DNA from: Desulfarculaceae bacterium
Lineage (GTDB): Bacteria; Desulfobacterota; Desulfocorpusculales; Desulfocorpusculum
Assembly (NCBI GenBank): GCA_037443445.1
Contig: JBBIOJ010000001.1
Location: 183,796-247,795, forward strand
DNA length: 64,000 nt
Direction: 5' to 3'
The translations under genes and the position numbers were made by a program. The notes under the pieces are model-generated. The model did no database searches. It was given only the letters and a program-made list of their open reading frames with translations, and had not been told where the DNA came from. Shown piece after piece: positions 38,327 to 48,215 of this stretch (its first letter is position 1; the number at the start of each line of letters is the position of its first letter).

Positions 38327-38791
38327 CTACTCCCACCCGTACACGTACTTGTCTTTGGGATTTCTTATCACGAACACCGGACAGGGAGCATGGCGTATCA
38401 CTTTCTCGGCCACGCTTCCCAGCATCACGTGGGCAAGGCCGGTCCTTCCGTGGGTGGCTATCACCACCACGTCCACGCCCAGCTCCTTGGCCTTCTCCAC
38501 TATGAGGTACGTTGGGTTGCCTATTTCCAGAATACATTCCACCGGGATCCTGTCTCTCACACTCTTGGGCACCACGTTCTCAAGATCCTCTTTGGCCTGG
38601 GCGATCATCTTTTGCTGGAAGGACTCGAAGTCGGCTATGTAGCCCCTTAGGGAAGGGTGCACCGGCTCCATGACATGCAGCACGTAGAGCTTGGTCTTGT
38701 ACTCCTCTGCCATGGAGGCCCCGAACTTGGCTGCAAGAAGAGATTCCTTGGAGAAATCCACCGGAACCAGCACTCCCTGAATACTTATCAT
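38327..38791 (-). CDS. Universal stress protein (UspA family)
   Basis: LVPVDFS, HV, GNP...I, IATHGRTG...LGSVAEKVIRHAPCPVFVI. Confidence 0.93.
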   Translation of the reverse strand: MISIQGVLVPVDFSKESLLAAKFGASMAEEYKTKLYVLHVMEPVHPSLRGYIADFESFQQKMIAQAKEDLENVVPKSVRDRIPVECILEIGNPTYLIVEKAKELGVDVVVIATHGRTGLAHVMLGSVAEKVIRHAPCPVFVIRNPKDKYVYGWE

Positions 38792-38812
38792 CTCGCACCT
38801 CCTTCTCTGGGA

Positions 38813-39604
38813 TCAGTATGTTCCATCAGGGAACGTGTTCACTGCTGCGCTCACCCCTACCTGTTTGAGCATGGTGGGCCTTATCCAGGAACGGCCCAGA
38901 ACCCCGTCGTGAATGGCCCAGCTCCTCCCGCGAACGCTCTGTTCCATCCCGGGTCTGCGAAAGGGGGTTACCCCGTCCAGCTTCTTGTACAGAACCCCGT
39001 GGGGCGGTCTGAACTCCGCATCTATCCAGTGCATCTCGTCTTGCCAGGTATGGAACTGGTATCCAAAGCCATGCCTCTCGTACACTATGGCATTGTGGTA
39101 GGCCATGGCCTCGCACCAGATCCAACTCTTCCCTATGCTCTTGAGAAAATCCTCTATGCCTTTGAGGGCCGCCCCGGTCCAGCGAAGCCCTCTCCTCACC
39201 TGCCCTGGTGCCAGGCCTGCGTGCATGGCCCTGATCTCCTCAGGTATGTTGCGCCGGCCCGAGACCAGATCCGCTGGGATACGTCCGTATTCGTCCACAT
39301 CCACCTCGAAACGCTCAGAGGCTGGGTCGTTTATGTTCAGACCCAGCACCTCCACCCCCTCATCACCGTACTCCTGCATGAAGATGGAGTAAATAGGATC
39401 CACGGGGTCCCCGGGATTGGTTATCCTCACGTTGAGTATCCTGCCCTGCCCCCTGTACAGCACCCTCAGACGCAAACGCCCCTCAGAATCCTCGAAACTC
39501 TCAGGATCGATGCCGAACTGACCAAAGCACTCCTGGGGGATGAGGCGCGCAAACAGATCAAACCATTCCTCCTCCGGGAGGGCCTGAATCTCGGGAATCC
39601 ACAT
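38813..39604 (-). CDS. Uncharacterised protein with GNAT-like signatures
   Basis: APGQVRRGLR (motif A-like), YHNAIVYERHGF (motif B-like). Confidence 0.55.
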   Translation of the reverse strand: MWIPEIQALPEEEWFDLFARLIPQECFGQFGIDPESFEDSEGRLRLRVLYRGQGRILNVRITNPGDPVDPIYSIFMQEYGDEGVEVLGLNINDPASERFEVDVDEYGRIPADLVSGRRNIPEEIRAMHAGLAPGQVRRGLRWTGAALKGIEDFLKSIGKSWIWCEAMAYHNAIVYERHGFGYQFHTWQDEMHWIDAEFRPPHGVLYKKLDGVTPFRRPGMEQSVRGRSWAIHDGVLGRSWIRPTMLKQVGVSAAVNTFPDGTY

Positions 39605-39688
39605 GGGCTTTGCTCTTCCATCTTCCTGTACACAATCACTTCACCCTAACAGATGCCCCAAGAGGGTGTCAATTCCCACAGGGGAGCT

Positions 39689-41125
39689 TTACGCTCTTGG
39701 GTAGCGCCCCCTCTGGGCCAGAAGTGCAAGGGCCCAAGCCATCTCGTCCAATCGCTGGTAGGTTCGGATCCCCTGGGAGTTCAGATCGCACACAGCCTGG
39801 CTTTCCCACGGGGAGAGACAGCATCCCAGAAGCACCGGCTTACCGGTCTTTTCCTGCAGGGCCTGCACCTCCCTCATCAACTCTACCTCCACCTGCAAAA
39901 AGACCCCCCTGGCCCGGTCGGCCTCCCTTCCCCCGGCCATTCCAGGTCTGCCCAAGCCGTGGAAGATTAGGCCGTCCACCTCTCCTGAGGTGAGCATCTC
40001 CTTTGCCATGCTAACCACGTTGAGGGGGGTAAGATGGTAGGAGATGCCGGCTGCCCCTATGTCCACAGGGTTTCTGGTGGAGGCCCTCTCTGGCATTCCA
40101 AGGCTGCGCAGTTTGCTCTGCAGCTCCCTGCTCAGCTCAGGTACCGAAAGCCCCCGCTTCTCCAGCTCGTCGGTGAGGCTGACCCCCCAGGAGCCTCCCA
40201 TGGTCATGATCCCTACCCTGTTGCCCTTCATGAGGGGTCTTTCCACCAGGACGTGCCCCAGGCAAAGAAGCAGCTCCATGCTGGGACACATGAGCACCCC
40301 CACCTGTTGGAATGCTCCGCAATATATGGCCTGCTCCCCGCAAAGGGCTCCTGTGTGGCTTCGGGCTGCCCTTGCCCCACCGCTGGTCTGCCCTGCCTTG
40401 AAGACCAGGATGGGCTTTAGCTCACTCACCTTTTTGGCAACAGCCATGAACCTTCTGGGGTTTCTGAGCCCCTCCAGGTACATGAGAACTGCTTTGACCT
40501 GGGGATCCCCCCCAAAAAGCTCCAAAAAATCGGTCACCTCCAGATCGCACTCGTTTCCTGTGTGCACGAACCAGCCCACCCCCATGTTTCGCGAGCTGCC
40601 TGCAGCAAGCAGATCGTAGAAGGCGTAACCACCCTGGCAAACGGCAGCCAAGGGGCTGGGCACGAGGTGTCTGGCAGGGGCCCCAGAGGCATTGAACCCG
40701 AAGTGCAAGTTGAAGGTACCGCTGACATTGGGGCCCAGCAGCCTCATGCCCATGGAAGAGGCCAGATCCCTCAAGAGCCTCTCCCTGGCTTCCCCATCCT
40801 TGTCCACCTCAGCGAATCCGGCGCTTATGACCGTGACCCCCTTGACCCCTCTTGAACCGCAGCCTACCAGAGTCTCCGCCAGCGCGTCCTGGGGAACAGC
40901 CACTACGGCCAGCTCTGCGGGCTCAGGGATCTCCCTGATATCCCTGTAAGAGGGAATCCCGTACACCAGATTTCCATTGCGGTTAACCGGGAAAAGCTTT
41001 CCCTGATATTTCCAGGTCAGGAGCCCCTCCATGATGAAAGATCCCCATGTGCCGGGGGTCTCAGAGGCCCCCACCACAGCCACACTCTGCGGCCAGAGGA
41101 AAACCCTGAGCTCCTCTTCCCTCAT
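39689..41125 (-). CDS. ADP-forming acyl-CoA synthetase (ACD) alpha subunit / CoA-binding protein
   Basis: P.SVAVVGAS, FPVN, ISAGFAE, LGPN, YLEG, SHTGAL (phospho-His), NPVDI; no ATP-grasp beta domain. Confidence 0.88.
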   Translation of the reverse strand: MREEELRVFLWPQSVAVVGASETPGTWGSFIMEGLLTWKYQGKLFPVNRNGNLVYGIPSYRDIREIPEPAELAVVAVPQDALAETLVGCGSRGVKGVTVISAGFAEVDKDGEARERLLRDLASSMGMRLLGPNVSGTFNLHFGFNASGAPARHLVPSPLAAVCQGGYAFYDLLAAGSSRNMGVGWFVHTGNECDLEVTDFLELFGGDPQVKAVLMYLEGLRNPRRFMAVAKKVSELKPILVFKAGQTSGGARAARSHTGALCGEQAIYCGAFQQVGVLMCPSMELLLCLGHVLVERPLMKGNRVGIMTMGGSWGVSLTDELEKRGLSVPELSRELQSKLRSLGMPERASTRNPVDIGAAGISYHLTPLNVVSMAKEMLTSGEVDGLIFHGLGRPGMAGGREADRARGVFLQVEVELMREVQALQEKTGKPVLLGCCLSPWESQAVCDLNSQGIRTYQRLDEMAWALALLAQRGRYPRA

Positions 41126-42174
41126 ACCTGACTCACCTCTTGCCTGCCAGGCCAGATGGCCACTTTTATGGCTTTCCCCTCCTCCATGAGCCCGAAGGCC
41201 CTGGGAAGCTCCTCCAGGGCCAACTCATGGGTCACTAGGTCCTGGGCACGGATGACCCGCGAGGCCAGCAACCTCAAGGCCATAGCCACAAAATGGGGGG
41301 TGTGGTGAAACACGCTTATGACCGACTTTTCCTCGTAGTGGAGCAGATGAGCATCCACCCTGGCCACCGTGCCCTTGGCACAGCCTCCGAAGAGGTTCAC
41401 CAGTCCTCCTTTTTTCACCAAGTTCAGCGCCACTTCCCACACCTGGGGCATGCCCACCGCCTCTATCACCACATCAGGACCCTTCTGGCCGGGAGTCAGC
41501 CTCCTGATTCGGGCATGGAGGCTTTCCAGATCCCCCATCTCCACCTTGTGGAGAGCTCCCAGCTTCATGGCTCTTTCAAGCTTTAAGGGGTTTCGCCCAA
41601 CGGCTATTACCGAGGCTCCCTTCTGTGCGGCCAGGGCCACGAACATGAGCCCTATGGGCCCCATGCCGATGACACACACGCTCTGGCCCATCTCTATGCC
41701 TGATCTCTCTATTCCATGGAGCACACAGGCCAGAGGCTCGGTGAGGGCTGCCTGGACCGGGTCCAAGGAATCAGGCAGCAAATGCAAGTTGCACCGCACG
41801 ATGGAGGCAGGGATCCTTATGAACTCAGCATAGGCTCCGTTTAGAAACTCCAGCTCCTCGCAAAGGTTCCATCTTCCAGCCTTGCAATACTCACACTTCC
41901 CGCAAGGAGCTGAGTTGGCTGCCACCACCGCCTGGCCCGGCCGAAACTCCTCGACCCCTTCCCCTGTTTTTTCCACGACCCCTGAGAACTCATGCCCAAA
42001 AGGGGAAGGAAGGCTCCGGATCATCTTGTGAGAGCCCCTCTTGAGAGTCTTGAGATCAGTCCCGCAGGTGAGGGCCACCTTGACCCTCACGAGCAGCTCT
42101 CCAGGGCCCGGCTCGGGAACTGCCACCTCTGCCATGCGCAGGTCTCTGGCTCCCCAAATCAGGGCTGTCTTCAT
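41122..42174 (-). CDS. Zn-dependent medium-chain dehydrogenase (sorbitol/threonine DH-like)
   Basis: CGTD, GHE, CGKCEYC...C, GMGPIG. Confidence 0.9.
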   Translation of the reverse strand: MKTALIWGARDLRMAEVAVPEPGPGELLVRVKVALTCGTDLKTLKRGSHKMIRSLPSPFGHEFSGVVEKTGEGVEEFRPGQAVVAANSAPCGKCEYCKAGRWNLCEELEFLNGAYAEFIRIPASIVRCNLHLLPDSLDPVQAALTEPLACVLHGIERSGIEMGQSVCVIGMGPIGLMFVALAAQKGASVIAVGRNPLKLERAMKLGALHKVEMGDLESLHARIRRLTPGQKGPDVVIEAVGMPQVWEVALNLVKKGGLVNLFGGCAKGTVARVDAHLLHYEEKSVISVFHHTPHFVAMALRLLASRVIRAQDLVTHELALEELPRAFGLMEEGKAIKVAIWPGRQEVSQV

Positions 42175-42198
42175 GCTGCTGGGAGTTGCCGGCATTTT

Positions 42199-43194
42199 TC
42201 AGAACCTGAGAATGGTCTTTAGGCCCCTCCTGGATTCCGCCAGCTCCACGGCCTTTTCTATTTCCTCTATGGGAAGCTCGTGACTTACCACCCCATCCAC
42301 CTCCAGGGTTCTGGTCTCCAGAAGAGAGATGGCTTCGCGCATGTGTTGGGGCCCCGTGGAGTAGGAAGGCAGAAGGTCCACCTCCTCTTTGTACAGCTCC
42401 TGGAGCTTTACCTCCAGAGGTTCTCCCCTGCTGGGCCCGGCAAAAAGACCTAGCCACCCCCCTGGCTCCACCACCTGGAAGGCCAGTTCCAGGGCCGGAA
42501 GATTGCAGGCAGTGAGCACAACCCCCTGGAACCTTCCCTGGTTTGCAGCCCTGGAAGGCGCACAGGTCTGGGCGCAGCCTTTCTGCTTCCCCATCCTTCT
42601 TCTTTCCTCCAGGAGGTCCACCCCGAGCACCTCCACCTGGGCCCGGACCAGAAGCAACACCATGAGAAGCCCCATGGGCCCAAGCCCTATCACCATGACC
42701 CTGCTGCGGGGCTGTGGCTTCCACCTCTCCAAGGCCCGAAGGCAACAACCAATGGGCTCTGCCAGTAGGGCCTCCGAGTCTTTCAAGTTGTCTGAGAAGG
42801 GAATTACCCCCTCGGGCAGGTGGGATTCTGGCACCACTATCTGTTCAGCAAAGCCCCCTGGTCTGACACTGGTAGACCTGAAATTACTGCAGCTGGAGAT
42901 CCTGCCTCTCAAACAGCTGGGGCAGTTTCCGCAGGGCACGTGGTTGCACACAGTCACCCTGGTCCCGGGAGGGAACCTATCCCAGAGGCCCTCGGGCGCT
43001 CTTTCCACTATGCCCACTATCTCGTGGCCCAGTACCGTGCCAGGGGCCACGGTGCTGTTCCTTATCTTGTAGAGGTCGCTACCGCAAAGCCCCGCACATA
43101 CAGTTCTTATGAGCAGCTCATGGGGGGTTGCCCTGGGTGCGGGTATATCCAGCACTTCCAGCCCACCTCCCGGCTTTGTCAGGGCCGCCCTCAC
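42199..43194 (-). CDS. Zn-dependent medium-chain dehydrogenase (second paralog)
   Basis: CGSD, GHE, CGNCPSC...C, GLGPMG; GTG start after a GGGAGG RBS. Confidence 0.88.
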   Translation of the reverse strand: MRAALTKPGGGLEVLDIPAPRATPHELLIRTVCAGLCGSDLYKIRNSTVAPGTVLGHEIVGIVERAPEGLWDRFPPGTRVTVCNHVPCGNCPSCLRGRISSCSNFRSTSVRPGGFAEQIVVPESHLPEGVIPFSDNLKDSEALLAEPIGCCLRALERWKPQPRSRVMVIGLGPMGLLMVLLLVRAQVEVLGVDLLEERRRMGKQKGCAQTCAPSRAANQGRFQGVVLTACNLPALELAFQVVEPGGWLGLFAGPSRGEPLEVKLQELYKEEVDLLPSYSTGPQHMREAISLLETRTLEVDGVVSHELPIEEIEKAVELAESRRGLKTILRF

Positions 43195-43307
43195 CTTTTG
43201 CCTCCCTCCCCACACGCATTTCAGGCCAACATAGTTCCCTGAAGCAGTCAGTGTCAAGGCCCCCCCTCGGGAGAGAGCTCTTGCACTGCTTAGGCCGCCG
43301 AAGCTCG

Positions 43308-43335
43308 TTGACATTCGCGCAAAAAAGGCTAGACT
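43308..43335 (+). promoter_or_regulatory. sigma70 promoter for xseB-ispA-dxs
   Basis: TTGACA-16 bp-TAGACT. Confidence 0.45.
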
Positions 43336-43365
43336 TGGGAAAACGGTTCTGGCCCAGGGGGGAGA

Positions 43366-43608
43366 ATGGGGGAAGAGGTCCGCTTCGAAGAGGCCCTGGA
43401 GGAGCTAAGAAATATAGTGCAGATCCTGGAAAGGGGGGAGAAACCTCTGGAAGAGGCCCTTGCGCTTTTCGAGAGAGGGATAGCCCTGGTGTCTGCCTGC
43501 AGCAAGAGGTTGGACGAGGTGGAACGCAGGGTGGAGATGCTGATTAGGGATCAGGCCGGCCAGCTTAAACTTTGCCCCCTGGAAGAGCATTCCCCATCTG
43601 GCGGGTGA
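43366..43608 (+). CDS. xseB: Exodeoxyribonuclease VII small subunit
   Basis: FEEALEEL..IV..LE.G..PLEEAL..FERGI.L...C. Confidence 0.92.
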   Translation: MGEEVRFEEALEELRNIVQILERGEKPLEEALALFERGIALVSACSKRLDEVERRVEMLIRDQAGQLKLCPLEEHSPSGG

Positions 43609-43615
43609 AGCGGGC

Positions 43616-44506
43616 ATGAATCTGAAGGCCTATCTGGAAACCAAGCGGACACTGGTGGAGAGAGCCTTGGGCCATTACATCCCTGCCCAGAACGGGCCCT
43701 CCACGTTGCTCCAGGAAGCCATGCGTTATTCCCTGCTGGCCGGAGGAAAGCGCATAAGGCCCATCCTCCATCTGGCATCGGTTGAGGCCTGCGGTGGGAA
43801 GCCCGAGACCTGTCTAGGCTTTGCATGCGCTTTGGAGATGATACACACCTATTCTTTGATCCACGACGACCTGCCGGCTATGGACAATGACCAGCTCAGG
43901 AGAGGCAAGCCCACCAATCACGTGGTGTTCGGGGAAGCCATGGCCCTCCTGGCAGGGGACGGGCTTCTCACAGAGGCCTTCAGGGTAATAGCCCAGGAAG
44001 CCCTTGAAGGGGGTATGGAGCCTTTGCGGGTGCTTAGAGCCATTTTGGAGCTGGCAGCTGCGGTGGGCCCCCAGGGCATGGTGGGAGGGCAAGCGGCGGA
44101 CATCTTGAACGAGGGAAAGGTTGTGGACGCAGACACCCTGGCTTTCATCCATACCAGGAAGACCGGGGCTCTCATTAGGGCCTCGGTGCTGACAGGGGGG
44201 ATCCTGGCCGGGGCCTCTGGTGAGCTCCTGGAAAATCTGGCCAAGTACGGCGAGGCCCTGGGACTGGCCTTTCAGATCCGGGACGACTTGCTCAACGAGG
44301 AAGGAGACCCGGCCAGGTTGGGCAAGGCGGTCAAGACAGACCAGGCGCGAGGGAAGGCCACTTACCCGGGGCTCTTCGGGGTCGAGCAAAGCAGAGACAG
44401 ATTGAAGTCCTTGGTGGACCAGGCTGTGGAGGCCCTTGGGGTGTTTGGCCCTGGAGCCGAACCCCTGCGGGAAATAGCTCTTTATGTAGCCAGCAGAGAC
44501 CATTGA
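43616..44506 (+). CDS. ispA: Farnesyl/geranyl diphosphate synthase
   Basis: [42 protein letters not shown]. Confidence 0.95.
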   Translation: MNLKAYLETKRTLVERALGHYIPAQNGPSTLLQEAMRYSLLAGGKRIRPILHLASVEACGGKPETCLGFACALEMIHTYSLIHDDLPAMDNDQLRRGKPTNHVVFGEAMALLAGDGLLTEAFRVIAQEALEGGMEPLRVLRAILELAAAVGPQGMVGGQAADILNEGKVVDADTLAFIHTRKTGALIRASVLTGGILAGASGELLENLAKYGEALGLAFQIRDDLLNEEGDPARLGKAVKTDQARGKATYPGLFGVEQSRDRLKSLVDQAVEALGVFGPGAEPLREIALYVASRDH

Positions 44507-44528
44507 AGGGAGAAGGGGCCGGAAGGAT

Positions 44529-46454
44529 ATGAAAGGAGGTTTGCTCTCCCAGATCCAGGATCCTTCCCAGATCCGGGGTTTGGGCATCTCGGAACTGAAG
44601 CTTCTGGCAGAGGAACTGCGCCGGGAGATCGTGGCCACCGTGGCAAAGAACGGGGGGCACCTGGCATCCAGTTTGGGTGTGGTGGAGCTCACCATTGCCT
44701 TGCACTACGTGTTCGACACCCCCAGGGACCTCCTTGTGTGGGATGTGGGACACCAGAGCTATGCCCACAAACTCTTGACAGGCCGCAGGGAGGCCTTCCA
44801 CACCCTCAGGAAGCTGGGGGGCTTGAGCGGATTTCCCAAGAGGCAGGAAAGCCCTTATGACACTTTTGATGTGGGCCACAGCAGCACTTCCATCTCGGCT
44901 GCCCTGGGCATGGCCGAGGCCCTCTCCAGGCAGGGCCGGCACCAGAAAGTCATAGCAGTGATAGGGGACGGCTCCCTGACTGCAGGCATGGCCTTCGAGG
45001 CCCTCAACCACCTGGGCACACTGGACAGGGATCTCATAGTGATCCTCAACGACAACGAGATGTCCATTTCCCCCAACGTGGGAGCCCTCTCCTCCTACCT
45101 CAACAGGATCCTCACAGGCCAGCTTTTCACTCGTCTGCGGGATGACATGAAGGGCTTCATACGCACCCTTCCGGGTGTGGGGGAACCTGTCAGCCGCATG
45201 GTCAAGAAGTGGGAGGAATTTGCCAAAGGCATGATAACCCCAGGGATCCTCTTTGAGGAGCTGGGGTTGAAGTACGTGGGCCCCCTGGATGGGCACAGAT
45301 TGCGTCCTTTGATAGAGACCCTGAGAAACGTAAGGCAGCTGCCGGGGCCTATTCTGGTGCACGTTGTGACCAAGAAGGGCAAAGGCTATGGGCCGGCTGA
45401 ACAGGAGCCCACCAAGTTCCACGGCATAGGGCCGTTTGACCAAGACACAGGCAAGCCTCTCCAGAAAGATCCCAGGCCGAGTTACACCTCGGTTTTCGGC
45501 AAGACCCTGGTGCAATTGGCTGCTGAGGACGCCAGGATAGTAGCCATAACCGCCGCCATGCCCCAGGGCACGGGCTTGGAGGAGTTTGCCAGGCTCTACC
45601 CTGATCGTTTCTACGACGTGGGAATAGCCGAACAGCATGCCGTGACCTTGGCTGCCGGCTTTGCCACCCAGGGAATGCGCCCTGTGGTGGCCATTTATTC
45701 CACTTTTCTCCAAAGGGCTTACGACCAGGTAATCCATGACGTGTGCCTACAGGGTCTGCCTGTGACCTTCGCCTTGGACCGGGGTGGAATCGTGGGGGAG
45801 GACGGCCCCACCCACCACGGGCTTTTTGACCTCTCATACCTGAGGCACATCCCCAACATGGTGCTCATGGCACCCAAGGACGAGGCAGAGCTCCAGTGCA
45901 TGCTGGCCACAGCGCTGAATCTGGGAAAGCCTTGCGCCTTGCGCTATCCAAGGGGGGCAGGACTGGGAGTGGAACTCTCCAAGGGGCCTATCCCGACCCT
46001 GCCTTTGGGAGAATGCGAGGTCTTGAAGGAAGGGCAGGACGTGTTGATACTGGCCGTGGGGGCCTGCGTGCAGCCGGCCCTGGAAGCAGCACAGATTCTG
46101 GAGGGACACGGTCTGCAGGCCGCTGTGGTGAACGCCAGGTTCATAAAGCCATTGGATCGGGAAAGGATAATGCCCCTGGCACTTCGCATAGGCAGGCTCA
46201 TAACCGTGGAAGAAAACGTCCTGGCAGGCGGTTTTGGAAGCGCCGTGCTGGAGATGCTTCATGAGTACGATGTGGGGCCTCATCAGGTTAAGGTCAGAAG
46301 GCTGGGGATCCAGGATCTCTTTGTGGAGCATGGGACCCAGGAAGAGCTGAGGCTTCGCCACGGGCTGGATGCCCAGTCCATTGCCCAGGCGGCTCTCCAG
46401 TGGCTGGAGCGGCCCTCTCTCGTGGCTCTTCAAAGAAAAGGAATCCTGCGCTGA
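44529..46454 (+). CDS. dxs: 1-deoxy-D-xylulose-5-phosphate synthase
   Basis: [64 protein letters not shown]. Confidence 0.97.
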   Translation: MKGGLLSQIQDPSQIRGLGISELKLLAEELRREIVATVAKNGGHLASSLGVVELTIALHYVFDTPRDLLVWDVGHQSYAHKLLTGRREAFHTLRKLGGLSGFPKRQESPYDTFDVGHSSTSISAALGMAEALSRQGRHQKVIAVIGDGSLTAGMAFEALNHLGTLDRDLIVILNDNEMSISPNVGALSSYLNRILTGQLFTRLRDDMKGFIRTLPGVGEPVSRMVKKWEEFAKGMITPGILFEELGLKYVGPLDGHRLRPLIETLRNVRQLPGPILVHVVTKKGKGYGPAEQEPTKFHGIGPFDQDTGKPLQKDPRPSYTSVFGKTLVQLAAEDARIVAITAAMPQGTGLEEFARLYPDRFYDVGIAEQHAVTLAAGFATQGMRPVVAIYSTFLQRAYDQVIHDVCLQGLPVTFALDRGGIVGEDGPTHHGLFDLSYLRHIPNMVLMAPKDEAELQCMLATALNLGKPCALRYPRGAGLGVELSKGPIPTLPLGECEVLKEGQDVLILAVGACVQPALEAAQILEGHGLQAAVVNARFIKPLDRERIMPLALRIGRLITVEENVLAGGFGSAVLEMLHEYDVGPHQVKVRRLGIQDLFVEHGTQEELRLRHGLDAQSIAQAALQWLERPSLVALQRKGILR

Positions 46455-46693
46455 CTCCCTGATCCTGCCCAAGACTCCAGCAGCTTGAGGAACGCCTGGC
46501 CGGGGGTGTTTAGGGGGTGGGGAATCCAGCATGGTGGGTGAAGTTTCCTGCAACACCTGAAGCATGTCTGAAGAGGCCTTACTCCTGGGGGCTTGCTCAG
46601 CCGTGGGCTTGGGACATGGAGGCATGGGGGTATGCTGGGGGCTCTTCAGCTTGAGCCCCCAGAGCTTTTGGGGCCTGGGGAACTGGCCGGAGC

Positions 46694-47494
46694 ATGGCCA
46701 TGAGGCAAGACAGGCAGCGGCTGGATCTTCTGATGGTGGAAAGGGGGCTTGCGGAGTCGCGCCAGAAGGCCCAGGCCTTGATAATGGCGGGACAGGTCCT
46801 GGTGGAGGAAGTCCTTTGCACAAAGGCCGGCCAGCAAGTGCAAACCCAGGCAAGGATCCGGGTGCTTCACCAGTTGCCCTATGTGAGCCGCGGGGGACTC
46901 AAACTGGAGGCTGCCCTGGAGCATTTCGGGGTTCAGGTGGAGGGACTGCTGGTGCTGGATGTGGGGGCCTCCACAGGAGGATTTACCGACTGTCTTCTCC
47001 AGAGGGGGGCCAGGAGAGTTCTGGCAGTTGATGTGGGTCGAGGCCAGCTTCACCCAAGGTTGCGGCAAGACCCCAGAGTGAGAGTCCTGGAACGGTGCAA
47101 CATCAGGTATCTCACACCCCAGGAACTGGATGAACTGCCTGATTTGGCAACCATTGATGTGTCCTTTATAAGCCTGCGTTTGGTCCTTCCGGCTATGGCC
47201 GGATTGCTGAAAGCCCCCGAAGGGGGGATCCTGGCCCTGGTGAAGCCCCAATTCGAGGTGGGAAAGAGGGAGGTGGGGCCAGGAGGAGTGGTCAGGGACA
47301 GTCAGCTTCACAAGAGAGTTCTGGAAGAGATAGCTGCTCAGGGCCGCCTTCTGGGATTCCAGGCCTCGAATCCCTTTCCCTCCCCCTTACTGGGCCCCAA
47401 GGGTAACCAGGAGTTTTTCCTCTGGTTCACCCGCGCCAAAGCTCTCACCACAACGGGAGGGGATAAACCCCCTCCCCTACAATACCCCTTGTAA
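46694..47494 (+). CDS. tlyA: TlyA-family rRNA 2'-O-methyltransferase
   Basis: S4-like RLDLLMV; YVSRGGLKL, DVGASTGGFTD, DVSFISL, LVKPQFE, GPKGN. Confidence 0.93.
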   Translation: MAMRQDRQRLDLLMVERGLAESRQKAQALIMAGQVLVEEVLCTKAGQQVQTQARIRVLHQLPYVSRGGLKLEAALEHFGVQVEGLLVLDVGASTGGFTDCLLQRGARRVLAVDVGRGQLHPRLRQDPRVRVLERCNIRYLTPQELDELPDLATIDVSFISLRLVLPAMAGLLKAPEGGILALVKPQFEVGKREVGPGGVVRDSQLHKRVLEEIAAQGRLLGFQASNPFPSPLLGPKGNQEFFLWFTRAKALTTTGGDKPPPLQYPL

Positions 47495-47538
47495 TATCAA
47501 TATGTTAAGGGTCGTAGGGGTGGGGTTCACCCCCGCCC
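47455..47538. repeat. Inverted doublet of GTAG-type REP palindromes (REPIN-like)
   Basis: Minus copy GTAG-GGGAGGGG-GTTTAT-CCCCTCCC (47455-47480) and plus copy GTAG-GGGTGGGG-TTCAC-CCCCGCCC (47514-47538), flanking an AT-rich spacer with its own short inverted repeat. Confidence 0.65.
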
Positions 47539-47636
47539 GGGTCTGTATGTCCCCTGGTCTCCATGGGAAACGGGCCCGATGCGGCCAATCACCCTGTGCG
47601 GGACAATGCACCCATGCCCAATGGTGTTTTTTTTGG

Positions 47637-47963
47637 TTACTGTGCCTGGAAATGCTTGCGAAAAATCCTCTCCACCTCCAGGGTGGCTTCCTCCTCGAAA
47701 AGCTGGAAGCGCCTCAGGAGTTCGGCTCCTTTTGGAGTCAGGCTGAGCCTCCGGGCCCCCTCTTTGCTCTCCACCAGCGGCCAGCCTATGAGCTTTTCCG
47801 TCTCGCGGATCTTACCCCAGGCAGCCCTGTAAGACATGCCAAGTTGCCTGGCCGCCTTGCGCAGCGAGCCCAGCTCCATAAGCAGCAGGAGAAGCTCTTT
47901 TCTCCCCCTGCCCAGGATGAGCTCCCCGTCCTTCTCGAGCCAAAATTGCACCTTTACGCCCAT
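47637..47963 (-). CDS. Stand-alone ModE-type N-terminal wHTH regulator
   Basis: ILGRGRKELL...GSLRKAARQLGMSYRAAWGKI...LT..G; no molybdate-binding domain. Confidence 0.85.
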   Translation of the reverse strand: MGVKVQFWLEKDGELILGRGRKELLLLLMELGSLRKAARQLGMSYRAAWGKIRETEKLIGWPLVESKEGARRLSLTPKGAELLRRFQLFEEEATLEVERIFRKHFQAQ

Positions 47964-48215
47964 CTCTTCCTTCCTGCCCAGGCTTATACCACGCAGCCGA
48001 GCCAGGGGCAACCCGAGAAAACACTCCGGTGTAATCCTTGGGAAGCGCCTGGACGTCTCAAAAATCAGCCAAGAACTCCCCTTTTCCCGAAGCTCAGTCT
48101 ACCAAAGGCCCGGGAGCAGTGGTAATTTAGAATAGGAAGGTTTGGGGAGACGGGCTGGCCCTCCCCAGAAGTCCTTGCCCTGGGCCAGTAATCCAGGTGA
48201 GTAAGGAGGCCAGGC

